Below the pieces are notes generated by a model. The model was given only the letters and a program-made list of their open reading frames with translations. It ran no database searches and was not told where the DNA came from. Position numbers and translations under genes: made by a program. A stretch of DNA of 64,000 bases from a virus. Position 1 is the first letter of the stretch, and each line of letters begins with the position of its first letter. Where the stretch lies: positions 32,001-96,000 of IMG/VR virus record IMGVR_UViG_3300027763_000027. One strand, given 5' to 3'. Positions 48,525 to 58,048 of this stretch are shown in pieces.

Positions 48525-49625
48525 ATGGAATTTAAACAAGGTTTAGGTTACGATGATATACAATTATTACCAAATTTTTCGGACATAACTTCAAGAAAAG
48601 AAATAGATACTACCACAAAAATATCAAGAAATTTTAAGATAAAACTTCCAATTATATTATCTCCTATGGATACAGTATCATCTGTAAAATCATGCATTAA
48701 AATGAATCAAATAGGTGCAGCAGGAGTTCTTCATAGATTCATGTCTCCACAAGATCAAAGAAGTAAATCAAAGATAATAAAAGATGAAAGTAATTTTTGT
48801 ATTACTGCAATAGGATTAAAAGATGCAGAAGAAAGAATTAGACTAACTTCTACATATACAGATATATATTTTCTTGATACAGCTAATGGTTTATGTAAAA
48901 ATGTCGAAGATTTTTTAAGATGGTTTAAAACTTCTAATTTTTCTCAAGATATTATAGTAGGAAACACCTTAACAAAAGAAAGCGTTTACAGATTAGCAAA
49001 TCTTAAAGCTGATGGATTCAGACACTTAATTGGGCCAGGAAGCATGTGCTTGACGCAAATGAAAACTGGCATAGGATGCCCAAGCGTCACTGGTAATTAT
49101 TACGCTTGGAAATCTGTTAGAAATTGGGAGTTATCACAAGTAGATTTATTCAAATACGATAAACCAGATCCATCTAATAGACCAAGCGTTTTAACGGATG
49201 GAGGGATAAGATATCCAAAAGATCTTGTAAAAGCTATTGCTAGTGGATGTGATGCCGTAATCTGTGGTAGGATTTTTGCAGGTCTTTTTGATGTTATAGA
49301 CGAAGAAAATATCATAGAAAAAGACGGAAAAACATACGCTAAATATAGAGGTATGGCAAGCAAAGATGTAGTAGAAGATTACGAATTATATGATGGAACA
49401 AAAAAGAACTTATTTGTAGAAGGAGATTCTACATTAATTGAACTTAATAAAGTTGACACAATTGAAAGTATAGTGTATGATTTTGTTAATGGACTTAGAA
49501 GCGCAATGAGTTACTTAGGATTTAGATCAATAGATGAAATGAGAGGTGGTCTTTGGACTAATAAAATACAAGCGATTCTAAACTCCGCAAACAATATATA
49601 TGAGGGATTTGCACATGGAAAATAA
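48525..49625 (+). CDS. IMP dehydrogenase / GMP reductase family protein (no CBS domains)
   Basis: YDDIQLLP, SPMDTV, DTANG, GPGSMCLT, DGGI, YRGMAS, VEG, GLRSAMSY.G. Confidence 0.9.
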   Translation: MEFKQGLGYDDIQLLPNFSDITSRKEIDTTTKISRNFKIKLPIILSPMDTVSSVKSCIKMNQIGAAGVLHRFMSPQDQRSKSKIIKDESNFCITAIGLKDAEERIRLTSTYTDIYFLDTANGLCKNVEDFLRWFKTSNFSQDIIVGNTLTKESVYRLANLKADGFRHLIGPGSMCLTQMKTGIGCPSVTGNYYAWKSVRNWELSQVDLFKYDKPDPSNRPSVLTDGGIRYPKDLVKAIASGCDAVICGRIFAGLFDVIDEENIIEKDGKTYAKYRGMASKDVVEDYELYDGTKKNLFVEGDSTLIELNKVDTIESIVYDFVNGLRSAMSYLGFRSIDEMRGGLWTNKIQAILNSANNIYEGFAHGK

Positions 49626-50103
49626 TATGAACTATAAGATTATGAAATATACAATTTTTGCATTATTTGCTTTTTGGTTAATCAGCAGCAAATCAAACGC
49701 GCAAGTCGCATACGGAAAATATGATCAACAAACTACTTGCTATGAGAAAAGTCTTATAGACTCTCAAATTAAAGCCAATGAAAAAACTATAAATCTTTTA
49801 AAATACCAGCAAGGTAATAATTCATTATTTACATCTCAAGGTTCTATAATGAGGTCAAGAATTCAGGCTACGGTAAATGCTAAAGAGCAAGAAAACTTTA
49901 GATTAAATCAAAAAACATTTGCCCTAAGTGATTCTAAAGTTATAAACGATAAAGAAAGACTTAATTCATTCAGGAGACAATATCCACTTTATAAAATTAG
50001 CCCCAACGATGGAACATCTCGCGGATCATATAGAATTAGTAAAACTTTCAATGAATTTAATAGCGCTCAAGGACAAGCAGTATTTGCTCCAGAGTTAAAA
50101 TGA
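49600..50103 (+). CDS. Secreted hypothetical protein
   Basis: Signal peptide MKYTIFALFAFWLISSKSNA; the true start is probably downstream of the track start. Confidence 0.55.
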   Translation: MRDLHMENNMNYKIMKYTIFALFAFWLISSKSNAQVAYGKYDQQTTCYEKSLIDSQIKANEKTINLLKYQQGNNSLFTSQGSIMRSRIQATVNAKEQENFRLNQKTFALSDSKVINDKERLNSFRRQYPLYKISPNDGTSRGSYRISKTFNEFNSAQGQAVFAPELK

Positions 50104-50321
50104 ACGAAGAAAAATTTCAATTACCAAATACTCCATATGCTAGAGGTACGGATTTTAGTCCAGTAGTTAGAGTATTAGCAAAAATTTCTAGAAATGCTAT
50201 GTGTCCATTGTTAAATAAGAAATTTAAAAAATGTTGCGGAAGTACTGGTCAAAATTATTGTAATAAAGCTAAAGAAAATCTAGAAACATATCTCAATGAA
50301 TTAAAGAATAAAAATGATTAA
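50100..50321 (+). CDS. SEC-C-like motif small protein
   Basis: KISRNAMCP...KKFKKCCG. Confidence 0.65.
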   Translation: MNEEKFQLPNTPYARGTDFSPVVRVLAKISRNAMCPLLNKKFKKCCGSTGQNYCNKAKENLETYLNELKNKND

Positions 50322-51306
50322 ACATGTAGATATTATATTCGGATTAGCTTGGGGAGACGAAGGCAAAGGCAAAATTAGTTTTAATTTAACCGAAGATTAT
50401 GATTATGTATGTAGATGGAATGGTGGGCCAAACGCTGGACATACAGTTTATATTAATGATAAGAAACTAAAAACACATATTATTCCATGTGGAATTTTCA
50501 AAAATAAAAAAAGCATCATTGGTCCTAATTGCGTTATCAACATAGATAAATTTTATGATGAAATTGAATATTTACAAAAAGAAGGTTTTGATACATCATT
50601 AATAAAAGTTAGCCCAAGAGCTCATATCATTACCGAAAAGCATATACAATATGATTTACAATATTTAAAACCTAAACTTGGAACTACTGGACAAGGTATA
50701 GCTCCAGCGTATTCGGATAAAATGCTCAGAGTAGGAAAACAAGCAGGAAACTACTTAGACAAAAAATACATTTGGGATGGCAAATTAGAAGGAAGAGTAT
50801 TATGTGAAGGTGCTCAAAGCTTTTGGTTAGATATTAATTATGGAGATTATCCTTATGTTACAAGTAGCGAAACTTTACCTTATTCAGCTTGCTCATTAGG
50901 TTTTAGTCCAAAGTTAATAAGAAGTATAATTGGTGTTGCTAAAATTTATGATACCAAAAGTGGAGTAGATCCATTATTTCCAGAATCTTTATTTGAAGAT
51001 CAAGATTTGAATAAAATAATAGAAGAAGGCCAAGAGTTCGGAACCACAACTGGAAGAAAGCGTTTAGTAAATTGGTTAAGATTAGATAAATTAACCGAAG
51101 CCACAATCATTTCTGGTTGCACAAAATTAATTATAAATAAATGTGATATTTTACAAAAACTAGACTTATATAAAGTTTATATTGATAAAGAGCTTTTATC
51201 TTTTAAGACTTTTGATGAATTACACCAAGTTGTATTAAATTATATATATGGGAAAAACAAGCACATTACTCAAATCTTATTTTCTGGAAATAAGAATTAT
51301 ATTTAA
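50314..51306 (+). CDS. purA: Adenylosuccinate synthetase (short form)
   Basis: WGDEGKGK, GGPNAGHT, GTTGQGIAPAY, EGAQ, YPYVTSS, GTTTGRKR, NKCD. Confidence 0.92.
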   Translation: MIKHVDIIFGLAWGDEGKGKISFNLTEDYDYVCRWNGGPNAGHTVYINDKKLKTHIIPCGIFKNKKSIIGPNCVINIDKFYDEIEYLQKEGFDTSLIKVSPRAHIITEKHIQYDLQYLKPKLGTTGQGIAPAYSDKMLRVGKQAGNYLDKKYIWDGKLEGRVLCEGAQSFWLDINYGDYPYVTSSETLPYSACSLGFSPKLIRSIIGVAKIYDTKSGVDPLFPESLFEDQDLNKIIEEGQEFGTTTGRKRLVNWLRLDKLTEATIISGCTKLIINKCDILQKLDLYKVYIDKELLSFKTFDELHQVVLNYIYGKNKHITQILFSGNKNYI

Positions 51307-51596
51307 AATTGAGAAGTTTTTTCTTTTAGAATGTGTCTAACAAAAAGATAGTTAATAAAAAATCCACAAAAAGCACTTAATATATTACTAATATAAGGTA
51401 AAGTAATTAAATCTAATGGATTCAAGAAAATACTTAATCCCAAAGATATCCAAAAGCTAGAGCATTCATGACATAATAATGGTTTTCTTATATATGGAAT
51501 TTTTGCGATAAAATTCCTAAAAGGTCTAGAAACTTCTGTATCCGACCACGCATAAGTCAAAGCTAAACTAGTGAATAAATATATTATAAATATCAT
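51303..51596 (-). CDS. DUF1360-like membrane protein
   Basis: TM segments flanking PFR..LLCHECSSFW. Confidence 0.6.
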   Translation of the reverse strand: MIFIIYLFTSLALTYAWSDTEVSRPFRNFIAKIPYIRKPLLCHECSSFWISLGLSIFLNPLDLITLPYISNILSAFCGFFINYLFVRHILKEKTSQF

Positions 51597-52019
51597 TTAC
51601 AAGAAATAAACATCAACAGAATCACCCCTATCCACTATAGAAAAAGACCTAAACATTTTGCCAAAAGTTGTTTTCGTAAATTCTTCCCAGTAATTATCTT
51701 TTTTCATAAGAGTAAAAATTTTACCACTTAAGGTGTTGGTGATTGTTTCTTGATTTTGCTTGATTTGATTAGACGCATTATTAATAGTTTTTTCTTTGGA
51801 AAAAATTCCATCCAAGAAAACTCTTTCAGTATCTGTCTTATATTTTTGAGTTATGTAAGATACCACTCTTCCTCTACAAGAACAATTAGAATTAGATTTC
51901 GCGCTTACGAGATCGGCTAAAATATCGGGATATCTGTCTTTTAATAACGAAAAAGATGTATCGTCTTCTAAGGCAGCGAATATATAAGCATACAAAAGAT
52001 GTTCTGGGATTGTGTTCAT
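51597..52019 (-). CDS. Hypothetical protein
   Basis: 140 aa with an NCSC motif. Confidence 0.6.
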   Translation of the reverse strand: MNTIPEHLLYAYIFAALEDDTSFSLLKDRYPDILADLVSAKSNSNCSCRGRVVSYITQKYKTDTERVFLDGIFSKEKTINNASNQIKQNQETITNTLSGKIFTLMKKDNYWEEFTKTTFGKMFRSFSIVDRGDSVDVYFL

Positions 52020-52061
52020 AATAATAATTATATATTTATAATATTATAAATTCTAATTTTT

Positions 52062-53006
52062 TTACCAATAATATGTTTTATTTTTTGACCAATCAGGTAA
52101 AGGCACCGAACTCACTGGTATATTTGCTTCTGACCACCAAAGATATGAATCTTGATATAAAGGATAAGACGTATAAGTTAATCTATTTGTAAATCTATTT
52201 GTTGTAGTGCTTAATAAAGGAAGAAAAAGAGCATCAGTTAACTGCCCATCTAAGACCTTCCACCTTACAATACCAATACATCCAGGAATACCAGGTAAAG
52301 CTTGTGGTTGTACGTATTCAGGATATGCTCCAAAAATGGGGGTTCCATTTTCTTCATAGTCTATAATAAGATACTTTGTGCATTGTTTAGCGCCGTACCA
52401 ATCTCTATATGCATATAAGTCCAGAGTATTAGCTACATCCATAGAAATAGAAGTGTTAGGCGTAGTGGAGATATCTCCTCTTATTTGATTAATTTGATAT
52501 GGTGAAACTCCACCTAATCGGGTATTTGCTCCATTCCATCTTGCTCCTTTTGGTTCTGATTGGCTCCTTGGCCATGTATTTTGGCTAAAATTTATATTGA
52601 AATAATTATTGGAGAATACCCAAAGCCTATCCACATTCCTTCCACACAAATCATATATAAGCATATTATTATAATTAGACGCAATTTGATATGCTGATGG
52701 ATTATAATCAGGATCACCTATCGTAGGACAGCCATCGCCTTCGTCGGTGGTGCAATATGCACACTTGAATGGTGCTCCGTAGGACTCAATTCTTGGACAT
52801 ATTATTTGTTCATTAAAAGTAGGAGTTCCATAACTATACTGATTTCTCCATTCGGATCTTGGCCTACTCCCCATAAAATCTCCAATATATGTTCCATTTA
52901 CAACAACTTGAAAATTATTTGTGTAATCATAACCACAACGGCTCATATATAAACCATATACTGAACAACCATCAAGATAAGTCGCAAAGTTTGGGTTATA
53001 TGGCAT
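52062..53006 (-). CDS. Tyr/Cys/Pro-rich hypothetical protein (possible structural)
   Basis: 314 aa; GTGTAA motif upstream; divergent from the mucin-like gene. Confidence 0.6.
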   Translation of the reverse strand: MPYNPNFATYLDGCSVYGLYMSRCGYDYTNNFQVVVNGTYIGDFMGSRPRSEWRNQYSYGTPTFNEQIICPRIESYGAPFKCAYCTTDEGDGCPTIGDPDYNPSAYQIASNYNNMLIYDLCGRNVDRLWVFSNNYFNINFSQNTWPRSQSEPKGARWNGANTRLGGVSPYQINQIRGDISTTPNTSISMDVANTLDLYAYRDWYGAKQCTKYLIIDYEENGTPIFGAYPEYVQPQALPGIPGCIGIVRWKVLDGQLTDALFLPLLSTTTNRFTNRLTYTSYPLYQDSYLWWSEANIPVSSVPLPDWSKNKTYYW

Positions 53007-53049
53007 TTAATTGATTACACTCTTTTATTTCTTGTGTAATACATAAATA

Positions 53050-55368
53050 ATGGACAATTACAACTGGGATAAAGATTTTGATAATTTTTTAGTAGGCTTG
53101 GAGTTTACTTGTGATGATTCGGCTTTTGCTGCCGCTGCCGCTCAATGGCGAAGTGACGAAAGATATGCCAAAAACCAACAATATAAATGCGGCGCTACCT
53201 TTTGGATATGCAACAATGGATCTTGTTGTACAGTGTGGTTTTGGCCATTTGCATGCTGCACACAAAAAGATGGAAGTAATATGCAACAGTCATGTACTAC
53301 TCTATCCCATTGTGATGGTACGTCAGAGCAAGTATGCATAGATTATGATGCTTGTGGTTGCGGAAGTTCAAATGCATGTTGCGGTAGAACGGATCCTCCA
53401 CTTAATACGGCTGCTCCAGTCAGGACGTTCGGGCCTATTAAACACGACACAGCTGGCCCAACAACATCTGGTCCAGTAGAGCCTCCAATTGGACCAACTC
53501 AACCTCCAGCAAACACAAGTGCTCCAGGATCTACAGGTGCTCCAGGATCTACAGGTGCTCCAGCTGCTACGGGTGCTCCAGCTGCTACGAGTGCTCCAAC
53601 TGGTACGAGTGCTCCAGTAAACACTACTTCTGCTCCAGTAAACACTACTTCTGCTCCAGTAAAGACTACTTCTGCTCCAGTAAACACTACTTCTGCTCCA
53701 GTAAAGACTACTTCTGCTCCAGTAAAGACTACTTCTGCTCCAGTAAAGACTACTTCTGCTCCAACTACCACAAACGCTCCTATTTTTATTCCAACTCCAG
53801 TTCAACCTCCAGTTGCTACTCTTGCTCCAGTCAGGACGTTTGCTCCAGTAAAGACTTCTGCTCCAGTTGTTACGAGTGCTCCAGTTGTTACTAGTGCTCC
53901 AGTTGTTACTAGTGCTCCAGTTGTTACAAGTGCTCCAGTAAAGACTTCTGCTCCAGTTGTTACAAGTGCTCCAGTAAAGACTTCTGCTCCAGTTGTTACG
54001 AGTGCTCCAGTTGTTACGAGTGCTCCAGTTGTTACGAGTGCTCCAGTTGTTACAAGTGCTCCAGTTGTTACTAGTGCTCCAGTAAAGACTTCTGCTCCAG
54101 TTGTTACAAGTGCTCCAGTTGTTACGAGTGCTCCAGGAACAAGTGCTCCAGGAACAGGTGCTCCAGTTGTTACGAGTGCTCCAGTTGTTACGAGTGCTCC
54201 AGTTGTTACTAGTGCTCCAGTTGTTACGAGTGCTCCAGTTGTTACAAGTGCTCCAGTTGTTACAAGTGCTCCAGTTGTTACTAGTGCTCCAGTTGTTACA
54301 AGTGCTCCAGTTGTTACAAGTGCTCCAGTTGTTACTAGTGCTCCAGTTGTTACGAGTGCTCCAGTTGTTACGAGTGCTCCAGTTGTTACAAGTGCTCCAG
54401 TTGTTACAAGTGCTCCAGTTGTTACTAGTGCTCCAGTTGTTACGAGTGCTCCAGTTGTTACAAGTGCTCCAGTTGTTACAAGTGCTCCAGTTGTTACTAG
54501 TGCTCCAGTTGTTACAAGTGCTCCAGTTGTTACAAGTGCTCCAGTTGTTACTAGTGCTCCAGTTGTTACGAGTGCTCCAGTTGTTACGAGTGCTCCAGTT
54601 GTTACGAGTGCTCCAGTAAAGACTTCTGCTCCAGTTGTTACAAGTGCTCCAGTTGTTACGAGTGCTCCAGGAACAAGTGCTCCAGGAACAGGTGCTCCAG
54701 GAACAAGTGCTCCAGGAACAAGTGCTCCAGGAACAGGCGCTCCAGGAACAGGAAGTGGATCAGGAACAGGCGCTCCAGGAACAGGAACAGGCGCTCCAGG
54801 AACAACAACAGGCGCTCCAGGAGGAGGAACAGGGGCTCCAGGAGGAACAGGTGCTCCAGGATCAGGAACAGGCGCTCCAGGAACAGGAACAGGCGCTCCA
54901 GGAGGAACAGGTGCTCCAGGAACAAGCGCTCCAAATACAAGTGCTCCAACAAGTGCGCCAACTTGCGCGCCAATTGATCCAAACACTTGTACCTGTGCTA
55001 GTAAGGGCGCATATGATGATATTATAAGTGCAGTAGCAGCATGTATTAATAGCGCGGGTAATATACTATGTCCATCATGCACAGGGTATAAGACTAATTT
55101 TTCATGCGGAGGTGGTCCAGGATGTCCTCCAAAAATAATAACCTGTTTTACTAAAGGATACCCTCAAGCTGGCCCTACCTGTTATGGAACGAGGTGTGTA
55201 TTTGCAGGTGGAAAATGCCGAGAGCAAAATACAGGGCAAACATGCTGTAAAAAAGCACAAACTCAAGATTGTCATTGCGCTCAAGGCTGCCCACAAGACC
55301 CACCTTGTGGGGATTGGGAAGTAATAACGGTAGATACTAATCTTCGAGATGGAGGATTTACGGCTTAA
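53050..55368 (+). CDS. Mucin/arabinogalactan-protein-like protein: Cys-rich ends flanking a Pro/Thr/Ser/Ala/Val tandem-repeat core
   Basis: 772 aa; (VVTSAP)n, (V[NK]TTSAP)n, (GT[SG]AP)n; many Cys in both termini; repeat variation is largely synonymous in this frame. Confidence 0.85.
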   Translation: MDNYNWDKDFDNFLVGLEFTCDDSAFAAAAAQWRSDERYAKNQQYKCGATFWICNNGSCCTVWFWPFACCTQKDGSNMQQSCTTLSHCDGTSEQVCIDYDACGCGSSNACCGRTDPPLNTAAPVRTFGPIKHDTAGPTTSGPVEPPIGPTQPPANTSAPGSTGAPGSTGAPAATGAPAATSAPTGTSAPVNTTSAPVNTTSAPVKTTSAPVNTTSAPVKTTSAPVKTTSAPVKTTSAPTTTNAPIFIPTPVQPPVATLAPVRTFAPVKTSAPVVTSAPVVTSAPVVTSAPVVTSAPVKTSAPVVTSAPVKTSAPVVTSAPVVTSAPVVTSAPVVTSAPVVTSAPVKTSAPVVTSAPVVTSAPGTSAPGTGAPVVTSAPVVTSAPVVTSAPVVTSAPVVTSAPVVTSAPVVTSAPVVTSAPVVTSAPVVTSAPVVTSAPVVTSAPVVTSAPVVTSAPVVTSAPVVTSAPVVTSAPVVTSAPVVTSAPVVTSAPVVTSAPVVTSAPVVTSAPVVTSAPVVTSAPVKTSAPVVTSAPVVTSAPGTSAPGTGAPGTSAPGTSAPGTGAPGTGSGSGTGAPGTGTGAPGTTTGAPGGGTGAPGGTGAPGSGTGAPGTGTGAPGGTGAPGTSAPNTSAPTSAPTCAPIDPNTCTCASKGAYDDIISAVAACINSAGNILCPSCTGYKTNFSCGGGPGCPPKIITCFTKGYPQAGPTCYGTRCVFAGGKCREQNTGQTCCKKAQTQDCHCAQGCPQDPPCGDWEVITVDTNLRDGGFTA
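53518..54960 (+). repeat. Coding minisatellite array (18-, 21- and 15-bp units)
   Basis: ccagttgttacDagtgct, with 25 uninterrupted copies at 54163-54612; ccagtaaaSactacttctgct x7 at 53614-53760; ccaggaacaRgYgct units. Confidence 0.97.
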
Positions 55369-55969
55369 TAATATGGAATATTTTTTTTTGATTGCAAATT
55401 CTAAAACATCCGATTCTGAAAAAATAATAGAAAAAATAAAAAAATTAAATACTCAAGAAAATTATAGTTTTGTTTTTTTTAATAGATTTATTAGAGATTT
55501 AAAAAATCCATTTTGGTTAAATTTTATAAAAACAAATACAAAATTTAAATTTTGGTTTGTTTCAAGAATGACCAATATTACTGATAATGGTTATCCAAAT
55601 AATAAAAAAAGCGCCTTGTGGGGTTTATATGGCGAAGAATGTATATGCTCAGGGAAACATAAATTAGATAAATATTTTGAAAAAATTTTAATTTTTGCCA
55701 GTGGACAATCAAATATATTCTACCATAACTGTCCAAATAATTTTTTTAAGAAAACTATTCATATAAATGACTATCAAAAAATAAATAATACAAATTTCAA
55801 AAATCCTTCTACTGGATTATTAACGTATTTATTTATCAAAAAATATTACCTAGAAAGTAGATTGCATTTAGTAGGTTTTGAGCATATAGGTTTAAAAGAC
55901 CACGAATTTGAGCTTGAAAAAGTTTATTTTGAATTAGAAAAACAAAATAATCCTAATTTAATTTTTTAA
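55349..55969 (+). CDS. GT29 (sialyltransferase)-like protein
   Basis: PSTGLLTY...LHLVGF and H.FELE resemble sialylmotifs S and VS; probable start MEYFF. Confidence 0.55.
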   Translation: MEDLRLNNMEYFFLIANSKTSDSEKIIEKIKKLNTQENYSFVFFNRFIRDLKNPFWLNFIKTNTKFKFWFVSRMTNITDNGYPNNKKSALWGLYGEECICSGKHKLDKYFEKILIFASGQSNIFYHNCPNNFFKKTIHINDYQKINNTNFKNPSTGLLTYLFIKKYYLESRLHLVGFEHIGLKDHEFELEKVYFELEKQNNPNLIF

Positions 55970-56979
55970 AAAATACTATTTATAGTTTTAATGAAGTAAG
56001 TTTTTTTAAATTTTCTTAAATTTGAAATCATCCAAGACAAATTGCCAGGATATCCAACAAATGTATCGACTTTAGATGCTATATATATAATCGCCATAAT
56101 TGTTAAAACATGATACTTTTCATCATGAGTATTTGTCTCTTTTAAAAATTCATGATGCTGTCCTCCATCAGCATTTGCACATAAAGGTAATTCTTCAAGT
56201 ACTTTAATATTTTTTTGTTTTTTTAATTCTAAAAATATTTCTTGATCGTCTGTTTGAGCAATTGTATTATTTTTATTATCTTTTAATATTTCAATTGCTT
56301 CTGATAATTCAGGGTACTTTAGCCCACAATAAGCCAATTCATAAGGATGATCTGTTCTTCTCCAATATATAAAATTAGAATTATTTAAGTTTATATTATA
56401 TTTTTTTATTATTTTATTTGCTCTATTTTTAACAGAATCAGTAAAGTTAAAATAACTTTTTAAAATAACTCTTATTAAATTAAAATCTAAATTATTTTTA
56501 TCACTCCCAATACCCCAGCAACCTAGTTGATTTTTTTCTAAAAATGAAAGAAGATATTTATTATCTATTTTTTTAAAATTATTGATCTGTTCTTTATTTA
56601 TATAAAGAATATTATCATATAAATTATAATTTTTATATAAATATAATTTCGTAGATATATTTTCTGGCACAATATTATAATAAGCTTTTAATTCTATCAA
56701 AAAATAAATTATAACAGAGCAATTTGATCCTATTCCAGCCCAACGGTGTAATGTAAATGTTTTATTTTTCTTTTCATATATATAATTATCAGTTGGATTT
56801 TTTGACACTTTAAATGTTATAGTGTCATTATCTTCAATTATTTCCTTAGTCATACCTTTGGGTAAAAGATTCATTTTATTGAAATTATTAATATTTTTTG
56901 AAGTTGATACCTTTTTTGGATGATTGTTTAATTTTTGCTCATACAAAATACGACGTTTTTCATTAAAATTATTTTTCAT
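55966..56979 (-). CDS. Fucosyltransferase-like (GT11/GT23/NodZ-type) protein
   Basis: AGIGSN, YWRRTDH, AQTDD, ..GNLSW. Confidence 0.55.
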   Translation of the reverse strand: MKNNFNEKRRILYEQKLNNHPKKVSTSKNINNFNKMNLLPKGMTKEIIEDNDTITFKVSKNPTDNYIYEKKNKTFTLHRWAGIGSNCSVIIYFLIELKAYYNIVPENISTKLYLYKNYNLYDNILYINKEQINNFKKIDNKYLLSFLEKNQLGCWGIGSDKNNLDFNLIRVILKSYFNFTDSVKNRANKIIKKYNINLNNSNFIYWRRTDHPYELAYCGLKYPELSEAIEILKDNKNNTIAQTDDQEIFLELKKQKNIKVLEELPLCANADGGQHHEFLKETNTHDEKYHVLTIMAIIYIASKVDTFVGYPGNLSWMISNLRKFKKTYFIKTINSIF

Positions 56980-57073
56980 TTATATTTGGCTAATTGCAGT
57001 TATACTTATATAATATAAAAAATATGCATAAATATCTAATTCTTTCTGGCATATTTGAATATAATGTATTATT

Positions 57074-58048
57074 ATGAAAAAAATTCGTATAACAACAAAC
57101 TGGAAGATTATACCAAATGATGAAGAGCTAATTAAAATAATAAAAAATTCATTTATTACAAAAAATAATTTTAATGAAAAATATATCTTGACTCACAAAA
57201 ATGATTTTGATTATTTAGTTATATTGAACAAATATCATCCTGATATTTTAAAATCCGACATAAAACCATATAAGACTATATTGTATTACAATGAACCATC
57301 TTGGCACGCATATATAACTGATAATATCAAAAAAAATTTAAAAATCGCTAAATATATTTGTTATCATGATTGTGATTTATTTAAAGTTTGGGATAGAAAT
57401 ATAGGCGATAAAGCTCTTTGTAAATTAGACATTAAAAATTATAAAAATAATTTCTTAAATATATCTGGACACTTGCCTCATTGGGTCGTAGATATAGAAA
57501 AAAATATAAATTTAGATTATTTAATTAAAAATAAATTTAAAAAAACAAAAAAATGCAGTTTTATAGTTTCTTCGAAAACTATGATAAAATCATTTGCAAT
57601 TAAAACTAACTCGGTCTACGAAGAAAGATTGCTCTTGGTAAAAGACATTTTAGATTCCAAGTTAGATATAGATGTGTATGGTAAAGGACTCATTGAAATT
57701 TTCGGGGAACACCCCAAGTTAAAGGGCGAAATAGATAATAAGCTAGAAGCTTTAAAAGACTATCAATTTTCAATTTGTATAGAAAATACTCAAGAAAATA
57801 ACTATTTTACAGAAAAGCTAACGGACTGTATACTAACGGACTCAACACCAATTTATATAGGCTGCCCGAATATAGATGATTATTTTAATAATATACATAA
57901 AGTAAACTTTGAAAATGCTATACAGAAAATTGAGAAAATTTTAAATAATAATTTAATTCTAGATCAAACAGAAAATAAAAAATTATTTGAATTTAAATAT
58001 AATCTATATACTCAAATTATTGATATAATAGAAAAATATAAAATATGA
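57074..58048 (+). CDS. GT10-like (alpha-1,3-fucosyltransferase-like) protein
   Basis: EPSW, IDVYG, K...LKDYQFSICIEN...YFTEKL.DC....PIY.G. Confidence 0.75.
   Translation: MKKIRITTNWKIIPNDEELIKIIKNSFITKNNFNEKYILTHKNDFDYLVILNKYHPDILKSDIKPYKTILYYNEPSWHAYITDNIKKNLKIAKYICYHDCDLFKVWDRNIGDKALCKLDIKNYKNNFLNISGHLPHWVVDIEKNINLDYLIKNKFKKTKKCSFIVSSKTMIKSFAIKTNSVYEERLLLVKDILDSKLDIDVYGKGLIEIFGEHPKLKGEIDNKLEALKDYQFSICIENTQENNYFTEKLTDCILTDSTPIYIGCPNIDDYFNNIHKVNFENAIQKIEKILNNNLILDQTENKKLFEFKYNLYTQIIDIIEKYKI

Noticed and set aside
50314-51306. PurZ / 2-aminoadenine (Z-genome) system
   Set aside because: The catalytic Asp of PurA is retained (GDEGKGK rather than the GS-type PurZ motif), and no DatZ/MazZ-like neighbours are visible.
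53518-54960. CRISPR array
   Set aside because: Head-to-tail units without unique spacers, lengths are multiples of 3, and variation is largely synonymous: a coding minisatellite.
53089-55296. Overlapping and antisense ORFs in the repeat gene (e.g. 53802-55082, 54101-54619)
   Set aside because: By-products of stop-free repeats; wobble-position variation supports only the 53050-55368 frame.
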